In this document: in pieces, positions 24,202-38,303 of the stretch
Numbering within the stretch: the first letter of the stretch is position 1
How the letters are laid out: each line of letters opens with the position of its first letter
Assembly: GCA_964057225.1 (NCBI GenBank)
Contig: OZ059894.1
Coordinates: forward strand, 9,796,001-9,860,000
Source of the DNA: Auanema rhodensis
Lineage: Eukaryota > Animalia > Nematoda
DNA: 64,000 nucleotides
Direction of reading: 5' to 3'
Notes under the pieces: generated by a model
Seen by the model: the letters and a program-made list of their open reading frames with translations, nothing else
Database searches by the model: none
Told to the model about the DNA's origin: nothing
Position numbers and translations under genes: made by a program

Positions 24202-26003
24202 TTTTATTGATCTTAATATACAAAAAAAATTAAATAAATATATTAATTTACTAAATAATCTGTAATTAACAATAGAAAAATATAATATATTTTATGAATG
24301 CGTACAACCGTTTATGCAAAATGTTTTGGGGAAAATGAGAGTTTGATAAGTTCACGTAATTGCATGAGGTTCATTCAATTATTATTCGAAATGTTGATGG
24401 ATTTGTTTTAATAAAAAGAAATAATGTAATTAAGATGTAAAATCTTTTTAAATATGACTAATATCTTATGTAACATTATAAATTGTAGTTTAACATCTAA
24501 TGTACTGTGTTAAACATTATAGATAATTAAACAAAAAATGAATTAAAAGTGTTTTCGTAAAAAGAAGCAATAAAAATCAGTTATATTTCCCATTTCTCAC
24601 ATATTCGTATATAATGTTTTACAGTTCAATGGCATCAATGTGCCTTATGGTCTATGTGTGTGAGTGCTGCGGCTACACCTTTCTTTTTCACCCATCTATT
24701 CAATCATCATTCACTCATTACTATCTGCTTGGATTCTTTCAGGCCAATTATTGATTTTGTGAATCCATGGTATTTGTTTATTCAAATACATTTTACCAAT
24801 TGAAATGCTTTTAAGCTTTGGTAATGATCATGTTGTTAGCATGTTCTTCTTCATTATTTTAGTCAGATGGTTATATCTCTTACTTTGAATAATTTCTGGA
24901 ACCTCATTTTCTTATAATCAAAATCAATGAGAAAACCAACTTTACTATGAGATAACCCATAGTTCAAGCTATTTACTCACTTTTCTTATTCTCTTCATAG
25001 AATGTTTTCTCAATGCTATCACAAAATCTTCATGTTTTATATAAATTGTATTTATATGACTATCGATAGGTTTCGTCATTTTCTCACAATGCAAAATTTT
25101 TTCTCCTTTTTCAAACTTTCCCATGTTTTTTATACATAGAAATTTGTCTTTATACGGTAATGTTGAACACGTCCTTCTTTCTTATTATTTCCGAAAAATA
25201 TTGTGATATATACTAAATTTCCTTCATATTTCTTTTAATATTGCCTAAATATATATTTTTTGATATTAATATAGTTAAGTATGCAGTGGTGACTTGTTAA
25301 TTGAGGTTATTACTATTAGGAAACAAAAAGGCTGCCTGAATTGTATGCTACCAGATGTTCTTCTGTTATTCTCGCGTTTTTCTATTCTTTGGGGTCGAGA
25401 GAATAAGAGAAAAGACCTCTAACACATATGAGTAATGAGGTCTGTCTCTTGAACAACTACAGAAAAGGTTTGGCAATTGATGTTCATTTAGAAGAGAGCT
25501 TGTCCCACATCCGCACCTCATCAACGGAAAGAGGAGATGAAGGGGGGTGCCAATGTGGCCAAACCTGCTTAACCGATCTGTATCTATACGATTCTATTTG
25601 CTTGTCGTCCTGCTTCTCACTTATGAAAGTTCAAATGTCGACAGACGGAGATAGTACTGATGATGAGATTAATGCAAGAGTAAATGAGGAGAAACGAGAG
25701 AAACAAAGACAGAAGGATCTGTCGCTCGACCATTCTATCTGTCTGCTCATTTTGCGTCCAGCCTCTCCTTCGCCATTCCTCAGTCAGTTTGTTGACCCTA
25801 ATGCTTATACAAATTGGTTTTATACTAGATCTGATTTGACATAGTTGATTGCTAATCGTTTTCACAGCCTATTGCATATACCATACCTGAATGAATCTGC
25901 CATTTTCATCTTGTGTTCCGCTCATTTTTCTTTCATTTCACCCCATCATTAGTTATTTTTATATTTTTTAGAAATTCTTCTCATGTCACATGACTGATAT
26001 TGC

Positions 26004-26011
26004 TATATAAA
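26004..26011 (+). promoter_or_regulatory. TATA box of the Ly6-family gene, followed by a probable non-coding first exon ending ~26075
   Basis: TATATAAA, then a C|GTAAG donor at ~26075 and a TTTTAG acceptor directly before ATG 26247. Confidence 0.45.
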
Positions 26012-26246
26012 CCAGTAGATTAAACATATATTCTTCAAAGATTGTTCTTATCTCTATCATCTTCAAGCACCTTTCGTAAGAGATATCTCAACCTTTAATT
26101 TTCTGTTGCTGCTCAACTAACTTCGGTTATTTTCACTTTTCAAACAATATCTTTGGACTGTACATCAATCTATTTACTTTAAAACTGTCAAGATGAACTT
26201 TATGATGTTTTTAACACAATTTTCACATAAATTTAATTTGTTTTAG

Positions 26247-27172
26247 ATGATCTACAAAGTTTGGCTATTTATATCTCTGATAATCCCTATAGCTTATAGT
26301 CTACAATGCTACAGCTGTGCTTCGGACTATGCTATTGAAGTATGTTTGTAAAGATCATTTCATTTTCTCCAAACGTTTAAGATCTAATGCAAGCTTCAAT
26401 GCTTTCAATGATAAAGTAAGAAGCTTAGTATTAAGTTTGTCTTGATCTTAAAGATGAATCAGATCCATTAACCTACTGAAAATCGTACACTTTTCTGCAA
26501 AATTTTCAATTAACTTATGAAAATATCTGTAAAATTGACTGAATGACAAATATCTCATAATTCATTATTTGAAGATCAAGAAATAAAATTTGAAAAATAT
26601 TAAAATGATACATTGACAACAAAGTAAATTTCAGAATTGGACTCGATTCAGGCTACCCATGTTCAGAGGACTTGAACAGCAATCAGATTCTTCATGCATG
26701 TCCTCGGATCACATATCTGCATCATTAGTTTCATGTACTGGATTATGTGTGACAGTTACATTCTCTTTACCTGCATTCAATCATACTTTAGGTATATATA
26801 GAGAAATTCTAGTTCGTTCTTTACATCAAGCTTTTCAGGAGTTGTTCGTGAATGTCATCGTCTTTCGAAGGAAGATAAAGCTCTTCGCCTTAAGGAACCT
26901 TGTTATACTGAGACAGGATATACAAGAAGTCGAAAGAAGTAAACTCTAAATCCACTTCTTCATCATAGTGAAATTATTCTTTGTTTAGAGCTGATATTGA
27001 ATATTGTTATTGTCAATCAGATGGATGTAATGGAAATTCACGTCGTGCTCCTGCTGTATATCATTCTCGTTCTGTGGGCCGTCCGCATATTCGTCCATCT
27101 GCCACGAGTTTCAACTTCACACTACAAACTTTGAATATGATGGTGCTGGGAATGCTTTTAGTTATTTGCTGA
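26247..27172 (+). CDS. Ly6/uPAR three-finger protein (ODR-2/HOT/quiver-like), probably GPI-anchored; 4 exons
   Basis: Signal peptide then LQCYSCAS, 10 cysteines ending in YCYCQSDGCN, and a hydrophobic tail TLNMMVLGMLLVIC*. Exons ~26247-26339, 26635-26791, 26839-26938, 26989-27172. Confidence 0.9.
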
Positions 27173-27579
27173 ATTGATTCAAAAAGCTCAAGTTTATGCC
27201 CGGTTCAACAGCCCAGCACGATTAGTTGTGATATTCTTCCTCTTTTCCAGCCCCCCTCCTTCTCTTCCTCTCTCCCTCTTTTCCCTCCCATCACTTTCTG
27301 TTAAGCTTTTACCTGAATAATTTAGAAGTAAAGGTTGTGAAATAATATTATTTTTTACCAAAACAGCAACAAAGCTGTTAACTTGCCATTTTTATGCATT
27401 TATCTTATATAATTGACTGTCTGTTCATATGTATATAGTATATATAGAACAACAGATTGACATACATATATAGCTGTATACGAGTATATGATTCTGTTTA
27501 TTTTTGTTTTTTTTTTTCAAAAATGAATATTATTTAATAATAATTTATGCTTATATATATAAATATATATAAATAACAC

Positions 27580-28232
27580 TTATTTAACATTATGCCCTGA
27601 TAATAGACCATTAAATGAACGATTTAAAGAATCTGAATATTGCACTTCGTCATATGATGGAAGCGGAGTTGTAATGGCCGATTCCAAATTCCAATAACCT
27701 GAAGTAAAAGCTTGAAAAGGATAAGTTTAATTGAGAAAATACACTCAAACGTCTTAAAGCATAACAATGACGGAAGTCTTATTTGCTAATTTGCATAATA
27801 ATGTTTCACGTGTGGTGTATTATTCAAATTTGTCTTTGAATATTGGGATACGTGAGGATCGGTTGTTTAAAAATAAATGAAAAACATCAAATTAAAAGAA
27901 AACTTACAGGGAGGATTATCAATCTTGGTTGAACATAAAATTTTAGGTGGTGAACAACAGCTATATACTGAAAGATGTACAAGTAATAAGAGAAAAAAGA
28001 AATTTTGAAGTTATATGTATATGTATGTACCTGGAGCATCTTCAATAGTTGCAATTGATGCTAGAGAATGAACTCGGCTCTGTCCATATGATGGGTAAAT
28101 ATATTTATATGTATATCTGCATATAAAGAAGAGAATGGTCCAAGCAACTATAGAAAAAAATACAAAAATCAAGAACGGAAGTAGAAGAACCGCTACAGAC
28201 TTCATGTGATGTTCTGCCTGAGCAATGAGCAT
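27580..28232 (-). CDS. Small single-pass membrane protein with cytoplasmic PY motifs (PPCY, LPSY); 3 exons
   Basis: Exons ~28232-28031, 27967-27908 and 27698-27580 join in frame: hydrophobic VAVLLLPFLIFVFFSIVAWTILFFIC ... DNPPCYWNLESAITTPLPSYDEVQY...NVK*. Confidence 0.65.
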
Positions 28233-29546
28233 GAATGATTCTATTATTCAGATAGTGAGCAGGGATGTGCGTATGTGTATGCGATGTATGTTCCAGTTAA
28301 ATACTTTTATCTATAGTTCTTCAAAATCTGTTCCTCTTATAACGGATCAGATCAACCGATTATTCTCCTGAAGCTACACGTCATGAGTGCTTCGTTAACC
28401 ATGTGGACACCTTTTATTCTTTGTGTCTCCTTAAATAGAATATTTTAATATTTCTCTCCACGTTACGTCATAAGCACTATCGGAGATCATCCCTGTTTTC
28501 ACAATTTATCTCATCGACGGCGAGGTAATAGGCCCTCAAGTTGGCTTAGCCTAGGCTCTTTTTCTGTCACATTGAGATTGTTTTGGTTGGTGCTTCCTGA
28601 AAAAAAAGTTTTCGCTAAAGTAATTGAAATGGGAGACAAACAAGCACATTTGGCACAAGTTTCAGAAGCATTTGAAAAATATTCATACGATCTAAGTGAA
28701 GAATAGCACTAAAAATTAGATTTCATGATTTTCCAGTTCAAAAATTGGCAATGAAAAAAGTTTTTTTCCACTAAATCAACAAGTTATTTTTGCAAACATT
28801 ACGTATTCGACATGCATGCCAAATAGTTTAAAAAACTGCGCTTAATCCATACGTCTGTCAGAAACAAAGCAAATGCAAGCATATATATCATAATCATAAT
28901 CCCATAAGGATATTGCTCGTAAGCCTTGTGTCATAGCTGATGAGACAGCAGCACTAGTTACTATTATCCTGATGTGTTTTCTTGTTTCTTCACAAATTTA
29001 CAAATATTTCTGCTTTTTTTTTCTCCCCTTTTGTTGATTTTTTTATATATTTCGTAGGCGGAAAAGGCTTACAAGAAGACCTTCAATTACTCCTTTTTTT
29101 TGTGATAAACTCTGAATTATTTTGGGCTTATTTGAAAAATGAACAGTTTTGCTTCTTGGAATTCAATAGTCTGGGAAAACACTTCATTTTTTGGCTTTGT
29201 TTCCAAATTGACTATGAATGCCACGTGAAGACTCTTTAAGATATTTTGTGGTTTTGAAATTCTTTTCTTTGAAAAATTCATTGCTCTTTAGTTGTAACAT
29301 ACCTAGAATTGTCCATTACTACAACTGATCTAGCTTATTATCTTGTTCGCCAACCTCTCTATCTCACTTTAACTCTCGTTTACTCTTTCTCTGTCACCAT
29401 ATACGTCTCATTAGCTTTACTTTTAAAAACTAATCTATTTAACAAAGTTGTCATTTTCAGGCTCAACTTCGAATACTTTCAATGAGTTAGCCGTGTCATT
29501 ACTATTTAAACGTGTTGGTTGAAGCTTCTTCGCGTACAAATTCACG

Positions 29547-32500
29547 ATGCTTTATCAGTCAGCAAGGTTAGTTTCTATGTTTGATGTGGATTTTTGATCT
29601 TTTTGGGGTCATCTCATACATCTCATTGAAATACAAATTTTACTCCTAGTATTTCCAATTCATCTAATTTCCTTAACTCATAATCTAGTCAATGAATCAA
29701 AATATCGGAATTCAAAATAATGGGAAGACGAGATGTCACTTATCTCATTTCAACCCAACCACCAACTAAGGTTTCAGCCAATTATTCAAACAAAGGTTGT
29801 AGAAAAAACTTTTTATAATAGAATTGGAAGGGCATGTTTGTTCTGTATTTACATATCTATAAAAGGGCATAATCATGAGCTTTTTGGCTTTACAGGCGAA
29901 AGTGTTGGGTGTTGAGATTTCAAATTTCCTCACATGGGCTCATATATCCGTGATATTCTGAACAATGAAAAGAAAGAAAAGGAGAAAGAATGAGAGAATG
30001 TGTGAGAACAAGAGAGCTATACGAGAGTATATGAGTAATAAGCTTGAGCTTTCATTTCAGCTTCTCCTGCTTGAAGAAGGAGATCTCAATCTCTTTCTCC
30101 CTTCTTTCTCTCTCGATGATCTGTTTGAGTATTGAAGTTCTTTATAGGCTTAATTCTCGTTCTGAAATTTGGTGAACAGCCATTTTCAAACCAAAGTTTC
30201 ATCTAATATTCGAAGCTTACTCCATACACCCATACAGATCTATAAATACATTCTATTCAAGCAGACATGTTTCGGAATTCTGTAGCTTTTGAAATGTAAG
30301 CCAATATTTCTCAATAATTACCTATAAAATAAGATTTATATGAATTATTTAAATATTCTCTTGTTTTTATACATGTACAACTTAGCAACTTGCAACTTGA
30401 ATGCCTAAAAGTGCAGTACTGAACGTACTTGGACTATCCTAACCACTATGATTTTCCTTTCGAACTTTTTTTAAAACTTTTGATTTTCGAAGTGAGTTGA
30501 GCTAAACATGTCCGAGTAGTGAGATTAGAAATGGCACTTTACAGAAGCTTTTAACCAAATTTTCGGCTCAAATTCTGCAACTTTTGTCAGGTCAAACAAA
30601 AAGGTTTTTGATAAAGTTGAAACATATTGCATCATGCTAATCTCAGATGATGTGTAAATTTGCATTTCAGAGCTGACATGTCTTTCCATCATTTTAACTC
30701 CTATGAGGCAACTGCTGGCAGCCACGATCGGGGAGGTAGGTTAAACTCTATTATTGTCATAAAGAACTTATTCTTGAACTATTATTCAAAATTGCAACAT
30801 TGTGATCTATTTAATCTTTCACTTCACTTGTTTTTGTTGGCAAAAATGAAGAAAACATATCGGAAACAGCTAGAAGTTATCAACTATTAGATTGTTTTCT
30901 TAATTATATTATGTCATAACATTAGTATATATTAATCTTCTAATCGTATAATCGTACTTTGAAACAAGCGTAAGCTTATTTTATAATTTATTTATGCTTA
31001 ACGTTTTTGATTTATAAGAAAACTAGAGCAAAAAGAACAAAAAGTTCAAAACATTTAGCAAAGAAAATAAGTTTTTTCTCCTTTTTTGGTCAACTTTTAA
31101 ACAAGTTTTTCATTTGTACATACTTGGTTCTGAGAAACTTTCTAGTTGAGTTAGTAAATCACCAAAAATTTAAAAAAAAAACTTACTAACGTACTTACAA
31201 AGTGATATCAATTAAAAATTTTAATTTAATCACTACTGCAAACTTAAAAAACAGAAATTGAAATCAAAACTGCAACCTTTTCTGTTCGTTTTTGGTTTAC
31301 AATACTATGGAACATTAGTCTCATAAAGATGTATAGTTATTGTTATCTATATGAGAAATTTATAATTTTATTTGAAAATGCTTACGAGCTTACGACCAAA
31401 GCCAGTGAGACCAGCCTCGTTATACTATGTCTATATAAGATATATGTATATACAATATATATTTATATTTATATTTATAAGATCAGAAAAGAACTTCATT
31501 CTATTTTCTCAGCTTCTTCATTACATATTTATAGATAAATTTAGTTTTTCTAAACTGTTACAAACTTTAATTTTTAAATAGTTTGGTCATGATGTACAGG
31601 TTTTTTTGGCTCGACCACATGAAATTGCTTTCATGAGTTTTCTTCTTTTTGACTTTCACGAGCCTTTTGTGAAGATATTTGATTGAGAAAAGCTAATAAA
31701 CTATGCATCAATTATAGACAATTTTACAAAAAGTATCCGATTAACGTTAATTGCATTCAAATTGAAAGCTTTTCATTCTCAGCTCTTTTTTTTCCAATTT
31801 AACATCACTCATTTGTATTCCATATTCCAAGATACAAGAACATCAACATCAAGCTTTTTAAATATTTCTGAGAATATTAATAAGTATTTCGTTTGAGAGA
31901 TAGAAAGAAAGAAGAAAAAAAGAAAAAAAAGAAAGAACGATTGAGATGAACAAGTGTGTGTGCGAGAGAGAGATAGAGAGGAAAGCCGTGATAACATCCG
32001 AAGCTTGATCTTACTTGTCGTTTCTTTCCCGATTCCTTAATATAAGAGTATTGTAGTGATCTTATTCATTCCTAGTTACGTCTTATAAAGCGAACGAATT
32101 GAATCTTTCGGAGATCTTAAAGAGGAAAAGCTTATCGTCTTTTTCTCCATAGAATTCTGAAAACGAAACGTTTAACGAATGGAATAGACTAAGTAAAACG
32201 GAAGCAGTACTTTGTCCTTGACATCGTCATCAACAAAAATTAGAAAATGCAACTTTAAAACGTACAAAACGCCTGATCAAATCTTTTTTCCCATAAAACT
32301 GCTTTTCAAATATTCATGAATTGTAGTGAAATTGGTAATAATCCCATTTTTTCCGAAGAACATATTCATACCACTTCCCGATGTTCCAGCATTTTCTCAC
32401 CATCTGCACTCGAATTATAGGTTATAAGATGAAGAATTTGAATCTTACAGCTTTGGCTCTTCTTCTTCTGTTGTCAAAAACGGAAAAACTTCTGATACTT

Positions 32501-33736
32501 TTTCAAGATTTAGCTACACGTCTTTGCTTATTTCTGATGTTAAGAACGCCTTTTTTGCCTTCAAAACACATGTGCGATTCCGCAAACATATTCCATAATC
32601 TGTGTCTGGTGTGCTAAAAAAATGCTCAAAAAGTACTTCTGATAACTTTATAAACATTTTTCTTAAAGATATATCATTTTATTATAGATTTAAGCCTCTT
32701 TAGTTCTTATTTTGAAAAATATGATTCTCGAATATTGTGAACTATAATCTTAGTTCAGTTCGATTTTGAGAAGTCCTCCGCTCATCATACATCAAACTTT
32801 TTAATGTGCCTTCAGTTCTAGTGTCATTTATCATGTTTTCTCTGCATTTTGCGGATTTGGCTTCAATTTTTTAGAAAAACTTGAACTCTGAACATAAAGT
32901 TTATGAAAATAAACCTTTTTTGAAGTATATAACTTGAGCATAATCAAACACTTTGATCATTTGGATAGGAGCCTAATTCCTTTAGAGGGATTGTTTCCTT
33001 TTTCTTCGTTCTTCATATCTCTTTATCTCTCTATTCCTCTTGGATTTTCATCTTCTCTCTCTCTCTATCTTTCAAGCTATGTATTCTCTCTCTAATAGGA
33101 GGTCAAGTAGTGAATAAGAAAAGATTGAGCAGAATTAGCTCGATGCCTGGCAGAAATCGACGACTAAGCTACTGGCCGGTGAAATTTCAAATTCCAGGTT
33201 TTTTTTATTTATTTTTTTAAAGCTGTACATCAAAAAAGGCCAGCTACTATTTGTCTATTCCAAGCTTCTAGCTTTAGTTTAGCTTGTGGGTTGTCTCTAA
33301 GCTGAATCTGAAGAAAGGCGTTTAGCCATGCTTCCATCATAGAGCTGTCCATCGCGCAAAAAAAGGACAATGTTCCACACATTTTTTTCTTTTTTTTTTC
33401 ATTTTTTTCTGCTAAAAGAATGAAAATATTTTTATAATTCAATAAGTATTTCTCTTTTATCTTCTGTCTGAGATTTTGAATTTCTCTGTTTTTTTCTGCT
33501 TCTCATAATGCCACACAAGCATAAAGTGAAAAGAAAATTTAATTTCTCTTAATCTATTCAGAAATACTGTTATCCTAAACTTAAAAAATTAGTTATTTCT
33601 CTATCTACAACTAAAGAAAGAACTTAAAAATTCAAAAATTCGAAAGAAATATATCTGCAGGTTCAACATGTTTACAGGAAAAAACGTCTTTGCCAGTATC
33701 AATTCGGATAAACATGTCAAGCGTCGTCCTAGTCAG
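29547..33736 (+). CDS. Putative distal alternative 5' coding exons (29547-29566, 33661-33736) of the NCS/KChIP-like gene
   Basis: Both exons have good acceptors and AG|GTTAGT donors. They join in frame as MLYQSAR-FNMFTGKNVFASINSDKHVKRRPSQ and end in phase 0, matching the common exon at 36962. Confidence 0.45.
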
Positions 33737-34074
33737 GTTAGTACTTTTCATCATTTTCTTAAATTGCAGTCGTTTTTTTGAATCCAAAAATTAAAAAAAT
33801 TAAGTTTGACTTCCTTATATCCTAATACATTTACTGACTGTCTCATCTTCTTATTTCAATTATGCCATGTTGATGAATTGACATCTAGTTATGTGCCTGT
33901 CGAGAATATAATTATTTTTTGAGATAATAGGCGAATGATTTAAGTATAATTAGAGATATTTAAGTTGAATATATAACGAAAGACAAACATTTTTTCGTTT
34001 TTCAATTGTAATGAATAAAAGATAAGTATATACTATCTATTCATCAATTAAAATTAAAGAATACAACACAGGCA

Positions 34075-34113
34075 GACAACGACAACGACAACGACGATGT
34101 CGACGACGACGAT
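34075..34113. repeat. (GACAAC)n/(GAC)n simple repeat
   Basis: gacaacgacaacgacaacgacgatgtcgacgacgacgat; similar GAC-rich tracts occur at ~2076-2155 and ~59735-59760. Confidence 0.75.
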
Positions 34114-36183
34114 GAACATAAGAAAACGATAGAGAGTAAAGACAATGAGGGGAGTATGAGAGTAATAGAATAGGAGACTGAAGAGAAGAAAAAGGAACTG
34201 ACAAAGGAAATGGCTATGCTCAACAACTAGCATTGAGACGTGAAGTCTATTTTTCAATAAGCTGTTTCTTAGTCTTCCCTTGATTTACTCACATTTTATT
34301 TTTTTTACGAGTCACAGGTTCATTTTCTGCTCTTTTTTTTCTGATACTCCCTCAATGATTTTCCTCTATCATACTTGCATTTGCACATGTTTCATACATT
34401 TTTACGAATCTGTCGTTATGATTTTGAGAAATAAAAAACTATTTTTTCTCATCAATATCAGTTTTTAGCATTTTATTTTCAACCAATATCTGCTGCTCAC
34501 ATATGATTCTGAGCATTTGTTTGTTTTGTTGTTCAACATAAATAATTACTTTAATCAAGACAACATAGTGATAAATGAAGTTTTTAAAACTTTTTTTTAT
34601 TTAACAAACTATGAATGAATTTTGAGATTAGAAACTTGAAAAAAAAACTTTAATTTATAATTTAAATTATACGATTTATGGATAATAGTATATACTTGTT
34701 TTCATATATCTCATTGTATATCTATAACATCCACATTGAAAACGTTGAAAACTAACAGCAAACGCTGATGTATATGCTTTAAAATGTTGAGAAATCATTG
34801 ATTGAAGAGGTCATGTCTTACAACAAAATAATAAAATATATCTATTTTAAGTTAAATTTGAACTTATCAATTGCATATCTCAAGCTTCCCTTACCATGCT
34901 TCAAAGCAATATCAGACAGAAATGTCATCTTCAATCATTTGATAGTCACATGAATTGAACTGTTCATCTGGAAGTACAAAAAGAAGGAAAAGACTCTTCT
35001 CTTTTTCTTTCTTTCTCTGGAGAATGGTGTCATGAATATTCGAATATCTCAAACATCCCTATCGCATCTTCAACTTTTCTATAAAATATTTTAAAATAAA
35101 TTCTAGCGGAAAAAGGAGATAGACTATTGATGCTATTCAATTTTAAAATATCCAATTCTTACATGTTTAATAATTCTGATGCAGCTATTGGAGCATCTTT
35201 TTTCACTTGGTATCTTATTTCATAATTCTTTCCCCCCCCCCCCCCATCCGGCATACTTTAGAAAAACTTGGGCATTCGGTAACTTCAACGTGTTCTCTAG
35301 ACTTGAATACTAAAAGCGTTTTTGTCTACTCGTATTCTTTCAATTTTTTACATTTTCATCAGATTCTATACATGAAATAAAACAAAAAAAATGAATAAAC
35401 TTACTCTATGAACAACCGATATTCACGCCAACTGAAAGGAAAATGAATCTGCTGGAAGGCAGTCTTCGGTTCACGTAACCACGTTAACTATTCATTTCTG
35501 TGATCACAAAACAATTCCATATCTTAAGAATTTAAGAAAATCAGCAGAATATCTGCTTTTTTGAGTTTTTTTTTCTTTTTTTTGCCAAAAGCTCTCGTCA
35601 TTTGGCACATGCAATTCAAGTAAATAATCTTTCTTTGACGTGTTTTTGCTGTTTCCCTCTAAATCATTCTAATCTCCTGCTGTCTCCTTACCTACCATTA
35701 CGTTCTCCTCCTCTTTCACTCTTCTTATTGTCTGTCTCTCTATATCCTTCTAAGTTTTACTCCTTCAATAATATCTTTTTCTTTACTCATAGCAATCATG
35801 TTATTGCTCATGTATCAACAATTTGCTTTTTTTTTCTTAAGTCAACTAACTTTCTGAAACAGTCAGTTGTTCATATCTCAATTGCTCATTGGTTGTCTGG
35901 CCCATCACTTAGTGATGCTGTTGATCTGAGAGTACCATAGAACGAAATAAAAAAAACAGAAAAAATTAAAAGCTAAATTATTGAGTTCCACCGCTAATTC
36001 TTCCAACAGCTACAAGCCTCGCACCACCGAGCGCTTTTCGTCATTTGCGTTCGTTTTCGGAAGCAACTATTTCGAATTCATAACTTTTCCAATTCTGCAG
36101 CTGAAATCGCAACAACATACATCATCACCTGCTTTTCATAAGCAAATTCAATTTGCAACATTTTCGCCTACCAAGCTTAAATT

Positions 36184-37989
36184 ATGGGAAATTCGGCAGA
36201 AAAATCTATGCTTCCTCCTTCCAAGAAAATCAGTGGCGCATACCTTGATTTTTGCGAGCAGACGATGGTAATCTTTCCATCTGTTTCCTTCTGTTTTCCA
36301 AGTTTATGCTTCTGGCAATGTGTTTTCTATTTTCACACCCAGTTTTTCAAGTTTTTTTTAGCTTCTTAACCGTCATAGTTCTAGTATAGTTGGTTCTATT
36401 ATAGTGTATGAAACTTAAACCTACTTTGAATATGCTAATATTTTAAAACTTAAAGCATGATGTGTAGTTAATTTGTTTTCTGATGCTTCAAAATGAAGCA
36501 ACAGGACAGACAAATGAAAAAAGAACCAATATGCTTGCTTACATATTTGCCATTGATTTTGGGTTTTTACTAGATTTTTCATAATTTCTCTAACACAACA
36601 AGCTAATTGTTTCTTTTCGCTTTACTATATGCCTCTGCAAGTACCCTACAGACGGCAATTTCCAATCCCTGCTTGCTATACATATCTCTCTTTCTCTCTC
36701 TCTTTCTCCATTTCTTTCTCTCTCTCTCTCACATTCCTCTCTCAACTCTTCCTTCCTGTTTTGCTACTTATTCGGAAAAAAAGGAAATTTTCCCCCCAAA
36801 CGTCAGGAGAGCTCATCTGAATCTTCAGTATGTTCTCGTGTTGTTATATATACATACAACCATCTAGAGCTAATCAATATCTAAAAATTTTGCTGTATTT
36901 TCATTATATTAACACAAAAATACTATTTTTACTGCGATATAATTTTTGTTTTCGATTTTAGTTCGATCGAGCGCTACATCGATTGTACGCTGAGCCTCGA
37001 CATATCTTCAGCAACCATTTAGCTGATAGACTCTTTCATCGTTGTTACTGGATTCTTCGCAGTGTACAATTCAAAATTTTCTATCGAAACGAAGGTATTT
37101 TGCATAAATAAACGTTGTAAATAATGTATTTCTCTTCAGAAATAGATGTGGATGAGGCGGTGGAAAAGTGGGAGGTGGCGGTGAAGCCGCCTTCCTTAGA
37201 CGAGTTAGCCCAAAAAACAAGCTTTGATCCTCGTTGGCTGAAGTATATGTATTCAAAATTTAAAAACGTAAGTATTGAGCTCAGTTCACTTTCTCTTTTG
37301 AAGGAATAACTTGTTTAGGAATGTCCAAATGGTAGAATGAAAGAAGCTGAATTTCGAGTACTACTCTCTTCGATAATTGCCCCCGAGAAAGCCACAGATC
37401 AGTATTTATCTCGTCTTTTCACCGCCTTTTCCAATGAAGATAGAAAAACTATAACATTCCAAGTAAGTAATACATGATTTTCCGCTATTTGACGTTTGTT
37501 TCTTCTTGTTCAGAATTTGATAGAATGCTTATCCCACTTAAATCCTCAATCAGCTGAATCTAACGCGCAGTGGACGATCCGTCTGATCACGGGAGCATCA
37601 ACTGATCAGTTTGCTTTTCCGGTAAATATCATTAAATATAATATTAAATATAATATCTTCAAAACAGGAATTCCTCTCCTTTACACAATCGGTATTTGCT
37701 TTGAATGAAGGAAAAAATGGTTTTCAAGAATGCAATAGAGAAACAATACTTCAACGAGCAGAAAAAATATTTCAAGTCAGTTAGCAATATCTGTCGCCTT
37801 TGGTAAAACATGAAGTTTTAAGGAATTGGATGAAGATAACGATGGATATGTTACAAGTGCAGATATGATCAGATTTTTTCGAGTACGTTTAGCAATCAAA
37901 TTATAACCAATTTCGCACTATTTCAGAATTATACGATGCGGCTAGGATCAACACATCCAGAACAGGTGGTCATCGGTGTATCCGATTAA
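36184..37989 (+). CDS. Neuronal calcium sensor / KChIP-like EF-hand protein (8 exons)
   Basis: MGNSAEKS first exon (36184-36267), then PPSLDELAQKTSFDPRWLKYMYSKFKNECPNGRMKEAEF (the NCS/KChIP EF1 CPxG signature), YLSRLFTAF and EF4 ELDEDNDGYVTSAD. TAA is at 37987-37989. Confidence 0.9.
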
Positions 37990-38303
37990 GGATGGCCGTG
38001 TAAAAAGAAAAACAGAAATTTTAATATTAATTATAATTATAATAAATTTATATGTACAACTATATTTGGTACAACATGATCTCGGAATCTTATTAATTAT
38101 AAAGATTTTTTCTTGAAACTGTTCTCAATATACGAAATAAGGGGAAGGACCAGCTTCAATAGCGATATGTGTATGTGTGTCAATCAAGAGGGGCGAGGGG
38201 AAAAAGGTCACAATCAAACAAAGATATGATTAACGAAAATAAAACAATGTTCATAACAATCGTAACAGAATACCTGAAAAGTATATAAACTATTTGAATT
38301 AGC

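Noticed and set aside
25428-25844. 138-aa ORF
   Set aside because: No domain or splice support; it lies in the presumed upstream region of the Ly6 gene.
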